DNA of 64,000 nt from Sulfurospirillum sp. (lineage in GTDB: Bacteria; Campylobacterota; Campylobacteria; Campylobacterales; Sulfurospirillaceae). Numbering within the stretch: the first letter of the stretch is position 1; each line of letters opens with the position of its first letter. The position numbers and the translations under genes are program-made. The DNA lies in the NCBI GenBank assembly GCA_045047115.1, contig JASFYR010000009.1, positions 1 through 64,000 of the forward strand, in the 5' to 3' direction. Of the stretch, positions 57,435 to 64,000 are shown one piece after another. The notes beneath the pieces are model-generated. The model searched no databases. It was not told the origin of the DNA and worked only from the letters and a program-made list of their open reading frames with translations.

Positions 57435-58427
57435 TTGTATGATATAAAACAATCTATTAAGACTTGCAAGAGTCTAAAAGATTTGGAAGAGTTAAGACTA
57501 TCTTTGTTTGGAAAAAAGGGGTTTTTTGCGACACAATTTGCAAAAATGAAAACTTTGCCAAACAGTGAAAAAAAAGATTTTGCACAAAAGTTAAATGCTG
57601 ATAAAGAGTTATTTTTAAATCTTTTAAGTGATAAAAAAATGATTTTAGAATCCAAAGAGATCGAGCATGAGATGAAAGAGCAAAGTGTAGATGTAACACT
57701 TTTAAATTCTACGCCTACTTCAGGAGCTTTGCATCCTGTGATGGAGACTATGGATAAGATTATAGAGTATTTTGTGAGTATGAATTTTTCTATCCAAGAG
57801 GGTCCTTTGGTTGAAGACGACTTTCATAATTTTGAAGCTTTAAATCTTCCAAAATACCACCCCGCAAGAGATATGCAAGATACTTTTTATTTTAGAGACT
57901 CTATGCTCTTAAGGACTCATACAAGCCCTGTTCAGATAAGAACCATGTTGAAAGAGAAGCCGCCCATTCGTATAATATCTCCAGGAGCAGTCTTTAGAAG
58001 AGATTACGATTTGACTCACACGCCTATGTTTCACCAAGTTGAAGGTTTGGTGGTAGATAAAGAGGGCGCAGTTTCATTTGCAAATCTAAAGTATATACTG
58101 GAAGATTTTTTAAAGTATATATTTGGTGATGTTGATGTTAGATTTCGTCCATCTTTTTTCCCTTTTACGGAACCTAGTGCAGAGGTTGATATAAGTTGTA
58201 TATTTTGCAAGGGTAAAGGATGTCGTGTCTGTTCTCATACGGGATGGCTTGAGATTTTGGGAAGCGGAGTGGTTGATCCAAATGTTTTTAAGGCTGTTGG
58301 CTATGAAGATGTGAGCGGATATGCTTTTGGTCTGGGTGTTGAGAGAGTCGCTATGTTATCTCATAAGATACCAGATTTAAGATCACTGTTTGAGGGAGAT
58401 TTGAGATTATTGGAGCAGTTTAGATGA
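57435..58427 (+). CDS. pheS: phenylalanine--tRNA ligase alpha subunit
   Basis: [36 protein letters not shown]. Confidence 0.98.
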   Translation: MYDIKQSIKTCKSLKDLEELRLSLFGKKGFFATQFAKMKTLPNSEKKDFAQKLNADKELFLNLLSDKKMILESKEIEHEMKEQSVDVTLLNSTPTSGALHPVMETMDKIIEYFVSMNFSIQEGPLVEDDFHNFEALNLPKYHPARDMQDTFYFRDSMLLRTHTSPVQIRTMLKEKPPIRIISPGAVFRRDYDLTHTPMFHQVEGLVVDKEGAVSFANLKYILEDFLKYIFGDVDVRFRPSFFPFTEPSAEVDISCIFCKGKGCRVCSHTGWLEILGSGVVDPNVFKAVGYEDVSGYAFGLGVERVAMLSHKIPDLRSLFEGDLRLLEQFR

Positions 58428-60757
58428 TTATTACAAAAGAGTGGCTGGAAGAGTGGATCGACATAAAAGATATAGAGACGGATACTATAGCCAAAGAGCT
58501 TAACTCTATAGGGCTTGAGGTTGACAGTGTAACTAAAATAAGGATGCCAAAAGATGTTGTTGTGGGGCTTGTAGTCTCTTGTGAAAAACATCCAAATGCA
58601 GATAAATTAAATGTATGCAGAGTTGATATAGGCGATAAGATCGAGCAGATAGTTTGTGGAGCTAAAAATGTAGCAAGCGGACAGATGGTTGCTGTTGCAA
58701 AAGTGGGGTCGATACTACCAGGAGATTTTAAGATTAAGCCTGCAAAACTAAGAGACATAGATTCAAATGGCATGATTTGCTCCTCAACAGAGTTGGGACT
58801 TCCGAAGATTAATGATGGCATTATGGTGCTAGATGAGAGTATTGGAAAATTGGAAGTCGGTAAACAATTAAGTGAACTTCCTTTGCTTAATGATGATGTG
58901 ATAGAACTGGAATTGACAGCTAACAGGGGAGATTGTTTGAGTGTTCGTGGTGTAGCTAGAGACCTATGTGTGCCGTTTAATTTAGATATAAAGTCTATAG
59001 AGGTGAGAGAAGAGGAAGATAACCAGCTTGGAATCGGGCGAGTTTTGAATATAACAGTTGGTGATAAAATTGAGTCATCTTTTATATTTAAAGCACTTGA
59101 CAATAAAGAGATAAAATCAAATCTTTTGATAGATTTAAGACTTGCTTTAGTAAATGAGAGCGATGATGACCCACTTCAGAGATTACTTGCTTATGCAACA
59201 TATTGTACAGGTGTTTTACTTAGAGCTTATGATTATGAAGCATTTGGGCATAAAGAAGAAAAAGCACTTTTGAGTCTAAAAAAACAGGATAATGATCTTG
59301 ACGCCGTTATAGGTAAAAAAATAGTCTCATTTGTTGGTATTTCTCAAGAAGATGAGAGTAGAGCAAATTCTCAAATGAGCAGAATTATTATCGAAGCAAA
59401 TTACTCAAACCCAAATATAATTTCTGAAAATACATACAATAAAAAAATAAATTCAGACAGGCACCTGTATAGATCCAGCAGGGGCAGTGAGCCTAATTTG
59501 GATTTTGGTATGAATTATTTGATTAATACTTTTCAAAGCAGTAGCGATATAATGATATATGCGGGAAGTCAACAGGTGATTCAGGATTTTGATGAAGTTA
59601 TAATCAGTCTCCATCTTGATGATTTAAACAAGATGATTGGTGAAGAGATTCCAAAAAACAGAGTAGTTGATATATTAAAAAAATTAGACTTTGGTGTGAT
59701 TTTTAATCACGAACAAGAGACTTTGAAGATAGTAGTACCTGCCTTTAGGCATGATATAGTAAACAAACAGGACATTTGCGAAGAGATTGTCAGAATGGTT
59801 GGAATTGACAATATCACATCCAAGCCATTGCTGTTTTTCCAAAGTGCCAAACATAACGAATCATATAAAAATTTCAAAAAAAGGCAGGCATACAGATGTA
59901 AAGCTTCTGCAAATGGTTTTTTTGAATCTTTGCATTTTATTTTTGACAATAAAGAGAGAAATGTTAAGTATGGATTAAAAAGAGTTTTAGATGAATTGGA
60001 TGTTCTAAATCCGATAACAAGTGAACTTAATTCTCTTAGAACTTCACTGATTCCAAACATGCTGGATTCTGTAAATAAAAATATCAAATATGGTAAAAAA
60101 AGCATCCCTCTTTTTGAAATTGGAACTGTTTTTAACCAAAATAGAGATGAAAGCATAAAGTTAGCTTTTGTATTTAGTGGTGAAGAGAATTATGCAGATA
60201 TATCAAATCATGCAAAACCATTGCAGATAGATTTTTACTCGTTTGCGAGGAAAATTTCAAATGTAATTGGAAAGTTTGATTTGATTAAAGGCGTTGCGGA
60301 TACAAAATTATCAAATCCTTATGAGTTTGCAATTATCATAAAAAACGGTGTTGAGTTGGGATATATATCAAGACTTCACTCCAGTGTTCAGAATGATTTT
60401 GATCTCTATAAGACATATATTTGTGAGCTTGATTTTGATAAGTTGTCATTTGGAAAGAAAATAGTAGAACCATACTCTAGTTTTCAGGCGATTTCTAGAG
60501 ATTTGAGCCTTTTGGTACCATTAGATATGCCATACCACAAGATAAACAGTTTTATAAAAAAATTAAAAATTAAAAATTTAGTAGATTTTAACGCTGTTGA
60601 TTTATATAAGAGTAAAGAATTGGGAGAGCATGTAAGTCTTACTATTAAATTTAATTTCCAGGCAAATGACAGGACTCTCAAAGATGAAGACATAAAGAGT
60701 TCAATAGATATGATTTTGAATGAACTCAAAAAAGAGTTTGGTATTACTATAAGATGA
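58424..60757 (+). CDS. pheT: phenylalanine--tRNA ligase beta subunit
   Basis: [27 protein letters not shown]. Confidence 0.97.
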   Translation: MIITKEWLEEWIDIKDIETDTIAKELNSIGLEVDSVTKIRMPKDVVVGLVVSCEKHPNADKLNVCRVDIGDKIEQIVCGAKNVASGQMVAVAKVGSILPGDFKIKPAKLRDIDSNGMICSSTELGLPKINDGIMVLDESIGKLEVGKQLSELPLLNDDVIELELTANRGDCLSVRGVARDLCVPFNLDIKSIEVREEEDNQLGIGRVLNITVGDKIESSFIFKALDNKEIKSNLLIDLRLALVNESDDDPLQRLLAYATYCTGVLLRAYDYEAFGHKEEKALLSLKKQDNDLDAVIGKKIVSFVGISQEDESRANSQMSRIIIEANYSNPNIISENTYNKKINSDRHLYRSSRGSEPNLDFGMNYLINTFQSSSDIMIYAGSQQVIQDFDEVIISLHLDDLNKMIGEEIPKNRVVDILKKLDFGVIFNHEQETLKIVVPAFRHDIVNKQDICEEIVRMVGIDNITSKPLLFFQSAKHNESYKNFKKRQAYRCKASANGFFESLHFIFDNKERNVKYGLKRVLDELDVLNPITSELNSLRTSLIPNMLDSVNKNIKYGKKSIPLFEIGTVFNQNRDESIKLAFVFSGEENYADISNHAKPLQIDFYSFARKISNVIGKFDLIKGVADTKLSNPYEFAIIIKNGVELGYISRLHSSVQNDFDLYKTYICELDFDKLSFGKKIVEPYSSFQAISRDLSLLVPLDMPYHKINSFIKKLKIKNLVDFNAVDLYKSKELGEHVSLTIKFNFQANDRTLKDEDIKSSIDMILNELKKEFGITIR

Positions 60758-62046
60758 GTTTGCTTAGTGTTTCTCCTCTGGGGAGTTTTAATAAGGAGAT
60801 AGCAAATATAGCCAGTGACAAATCTATCTCTCACAGATGTGCTATTTTTGCTTTACTGAGCGATAAAAGTTCTGTTGTGAAAAATTATCTTCGAGCAGAA
60901 GATACGATGTGCACACTAAATATAGTTAAAATTCTAGGTGCCAAAATAGAAGATGACGGAAAAGATATAATCATAACTCCACCAAAGACGCTTAGTGAGC
61001 CAGCTTGTGTATTGAATTGTGGAAATTCGGGTACTGCTATCAGATTACTTATGGGCTTTTTATCTACATATAGAGGTTTTTTTGTGCTGAGTGGTGATAA
61101 ATATCTAAATACCAGACCAATGAGAAGAGTTGCAGATCCTCTTAGAGACATAGGTGCAAACATAGATGGGAGAAGCGATGGAGAGTTTGCTCCACTGGCC
61201 ATAAGAGGAGATGAGAATCTCAACTCTTTTGATTATGCAAGTAAAATAGCTTCGGCTCAAGTTAAAACAGCTTTGATACTTGCAGCTCTTAGAGCAAAAG
61301 ACAGTTCTACCTATACAGAACCAGTGCTCAGTAGAGATCATAGTGAAAAGATGCTAAAAGCTATGGGAGCGCAGATAGTTACTGCCCAGACATCAATAAC
61401 TATAGAGCCACTTAAATCACCATTAAAGCCATTGGATATTGAAGTTCCAAATGATCCCTCAAGTGGTTTTTTCTTCGCGGTTGCTGCTGCAATTACAAAA
61501 GGCTCAAAAATCAGACTTAAAAATATGCTCTTAAACAAAACAAGAGTAGAGGCATATAGAGTATTGGCTCGCATGGGGGCAAAAGTAGAGTTTATAAAAA
61601 CAGATTCAAAATATGAAGATGTGGGTGATATCGTAGTTGAATATGCACCCTTGAATGGTGTGGAGGTGAGTGAAAATGTAGCATGGTTAATTGATGAGTT
61701 ACCGGCTCTTTCTATCGCTTTTAGTGTAGCAAGCGGTAAAAGTATAGTAAAAAATGCAAAAGAGTTGAGAGTAAAAGAGAGTGACAGGATACATACAGTA
61801 GCTCAGAATTTGAAAAAGTGTGGCATTGAAGTAAAAGAGTTTGAAGACGGGTATGAGATAGAGGGTGGAGATTTTAAGAGTGCCAAAGTTCAAAGTTATG
61901 GAGACCACAGAATTGCTATGAGTTTTGCCATAGCTGGAGTATTAAAACCGATGATTATAGATGATGTTGAGTCTATAAAAACATCTTTTCCTAATTTTAT
62001 AGATATTTTATCAGAAATAGCAGAAACAGAAATAAAAAAGAGGTAG
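60754..62046 (+). CDS. aroA: EPSP synthase
   Basis: [33 protein letters not shown]. Confidence 0.97.
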   Translation: MSLLSVSPLGSFNKEIANIASDKSISHRCAIFALLSDKSSVVKNYLRAEDTMCTLNIVKILGAKIEDDGKDIIITPPKTLSEPACVLNCGNSGTAIRLLMGFLSTYRGFFVLSGDKYLNTRPMRRVADPLRDIGANIDGRSDGEFAPLAIRGDENLNSFDYASKIASAQVKTALILAALRAKDSSTYTEPVLSRDHSEKMLKAMGAQIVTAQTSITIEPLKSPLKPLDIEVPNDPSSGFFFAVAAAITKGSKIRLKNMLLNKTRVEAYRVLARMGAKVEFIKTDSKYEDVGDIVVEYAPLNGVEVSENVAWLIDELPALSIAFSVASGKSIVKNAKELRVKESDRIHTVAQNLKKCGIEVKEFEDGYEIEGGDFKSAKVQSYGDHRIAMSFAIAGVLKPMIIDDVESIKTSFPNFIDILSEIAETEIKKR

Positions 62047-62048
62047 AT

Positions 62049-62873
62049 ATGAAAGTTGTATTGGCAAAGCATTATGGATTTTGCTTCGGAGTAAAAAGAG
62101 CTATAGAGATAGCTGAAAACTCGAGAAATGCTTCAACGATAGGACCATTAATCCATAATAATGAAGAAATTATGAGATTGCAAAGAGACTTTAATGTTGA
62201 GACTCTAAATGATATGCAGGATGTTGATTGTGTGCAAAAAGCTATCATTAGAACGCATGGTATAGCAAAAGAAAACCTGAGATTTCTTAAGGAAAAAAAG
62301 ATAGATATAGTTGATGCTACTTGTCCATTTGTGACAAAACCACAGCAAATATGTGAGCAAATGAGCAATGATGGCTATGATATAGTGATATTTGGTGATA
62401 AAAATCATCCAGAGGTTCAAGGTGTCAAAAGCTATGCTAAAAGCAGTGTTTATGTTGTCTTGACTCCCCAAGAGCTGGAAGATAAATTTTTGTCGAACAA
62501 GATAGCTGTTGTTGCACAAACAACAAGAAAAGTTGATGAATTTATAAAGATTGTTAATTACTTGATAAAGAATCATAAAGAAATTAGAGTTTTTAACACT
62601 ATCTGCAATGCAACTTTTGAGAATCAAGATGCTGCAAAAGAGTTGGCAAAAAAATCTGATATTATGGTCGTAATCGGTGGCAAAAATTCATCAAATACAA
62701 AGCAGTTACATAGTATCTCAAAAGAGTTTTGTAAAGATAGCTATCTGATAGAGAGTGAAAATGAACTAAAGCATGAGTGGTTTGAAAATAAAAAAAGATG
62801 CGGTGTAACCGCCGGCGCATCAACTCCTGACTGGATTATTGAAAAGGTTATTGGAAAAATAAAGAAAATTTAA
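62049..62873 (+). CDS. ispH: 4-hydroxy-3-methylbut-2-enyl diphosphate reductase
   Basis: GFCFGV, DATCPFV, TICNAT, SSN, TAGASTP. Confidence 0.97.
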   Translation: MKVVLAKHYGFCFGVKRAIEIAENSRNASTIGPLIHNNEEIMRLQRDFNVETLNDMQDVDCVQKAIIRTHGIAKENLRFLKEKKIDIVDATCPFVTKPQQICEQMSNDGYDIVIFGDKNHPEVQGVKSYAKSSVYVVLTPQELEDKFLSNKIAVVAQTTRKVDEFIKIVNYLIKNHKEIRVFNTICNATFENQDAAKELAKKSDIMVVIGGKNSSNTKQLHSISKEFCKDSYLIESENELKHEWFENKKRCGVTAGASTPDWIIEKVIGKIKKI

Positions 62874-62931
62874 GTATAATATCAAACTTCATGCTTCCAA
62901 GCATGTAAAAATTTTAAAATAAGGGAAAGAA

Positions 62932-64000
62932 ATGGTGAATGAGGCGAACGAAACAGTTCAATCACACGGCGCAAATGAACAAGAGGAGATGGATTTTGCG
63001 ACTATGTTAGAAGAGTCTTTTAAAGATACAGAAAAAGATGCACTAATAAATGGTGTTATTGTAGAGATCAAGGATGATGTTATATTGGTTGATGTTGGTA
63101 AAAAATCAGAAGGCAGACTATATACTTCTGAAGTGACTGACAAAGATGGAAATATTACATGTAAAGTTGGAGATACAATTGCTGTTGTGATATCCGGTTT
63201 TAGAAATGAACGACCTATCGTTTCTCATAAAAAAGCCATTAAAAAAGTAAAAGTAAAAGAGTTTATATCTTCCTTTAAAGAAGATGAAGAAAAAGTTTTA
63301 GATGTTAAAGTGATTAATAAAAACAGAGGTGGCTTCATAGTTGAAAATGAAGATGGTATAGAGTTTTTTCTTCCCCGCTCACAAGCTGCCGTAAAAGATA
63401 TCAACTCTTTAATGGGAAAAATAATTAAAGTTAAAATTATAAAAATTGATGCACAAAATGAGTCAATTATAGTCTCTAGAAAGAAATTTTTAGATGATGA
63501 GAGAAGAAAAAGAAAAGAGATTGTTCAAGAATTAATCGAAAAAGATGAAATTGTCGAGGGTGTTATCAAAAAGATTACAACTTACGGTATGTTTGTAGAT
63601 GTAGGTGGAGTTGACGGTCTAGTTCACTATAGTGAGATAAGCTATAAGGGACCTGTAAATCCAAATTCTCTATATAGTGAAGGTGAAGTCGTTCCTGTAA
63701 AAGCTATCAAGTACGACAAAGAGAAGAGACATTTGTCACTCTCTATAAAGGCTGCTATGCCAGATCCTTGGGATGAGATAAAAGGCGAATTGGAAACAGG
63801 TGATACAATATCTGTTACAGTGAGCAATATAGAGCCTTATGGTGCATTTGTTGATTTGGGAAATGATATAGAAGGCTTTTTGCATATTTCAGAAGTATCT
63901 TGGGATAAAAATATAAAACATCCAAAAGATTATATAAAAGAGGATGAAGAGATAGATGTAGAGGTTATTGAAATTGATGCAAATGAAAGAAGGCTTAGAG
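62932..64000 (+). CDS. rpsA: 30S ribosomal protein S1 (runs off the window end)
   Basis: ATG 62932: MVNEANE...DFATMLEESF...VDVGKKSEG...YGMFVDVGGVDGLVH...YGAFVDLG S1 repeats. Confidence 0.96.
   Translation, partial: MVNEANETVQSHGANEQEEMDFATMLEESFKDTEKDALINGVIVEIKDDVILVDVGKKSEGRLYTSEVTDKDGNITCKVGDTIAVVISGFRNERPIVSHKKAIKKVKVKEFISSFKEDEEKVLDVKVINKNRGGFIVENEDGIEFFLPRSQAAVKDINSLMGKIIKVKIIKIDAQNESIIVSRKKFLDDERRKRKEIVQELIEKDEIVEGVIKKITTYGMFVDVGGVDGLVHYSEISYKGPVNPNSLYSEGEVVPVKAIKYDKEKRHLSLSIKAAMPDPWDEIKGELETGDTISVTVSNIEPYGAFVDLGNDIEGFLHISEVSWDKNIKHPKDYIKEDEEIDVEVIEIDANERRLR

Overview
AT-rich chromosomal window from a Campylobacterota (Epsilonproteobacteria) bacterium; the hit/pheS-pheT-aroA-ispH-rpsA and oad-pckA-argH gene order supports this placement. 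Five blocks are visible. (1) 1-7555 is the right end of a decayed genomic island: an integron cassette array (two attC-like sites bracketing a cupin plus toxin-antitoxin cassette), a mosaic of IS remnants, a decapitated HUH relaxase, two low-GC cargo genes, a short repeat cluster, a second TA pair and a tRNA-Met-like att remnant. (2) 7721-18730 is a convergent four-gene cluster of uncharacterised exported proteins (outer-membrane beta-barrel, Ig-like protein, 1977-aa CARDB/beta-rich giant, multi-FN3 protein), a candidate surface-structure or secretion system. (3) 21561-44109 is a sulfur/chalcogen respiration supercluster: rhodanese, TorD, NrfD, Psr/Phs/Srr-type molybdoenzyme, FeS subunit, a small exported protein ending in a Cys arm, Rieske, cytochrome b, three paralogous multiheme cytochromes (8, 12 and 12 CXXCH), three SoxW-like thioredoxins and three two-component systems. 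(4) 44239-50251 holds a TRAP transporter and an FeS-type D-lactate dehydrogenase. (5) 50391-64000 is core housekeeping. All family assignments come from motif recognition by eye, with no database searches.
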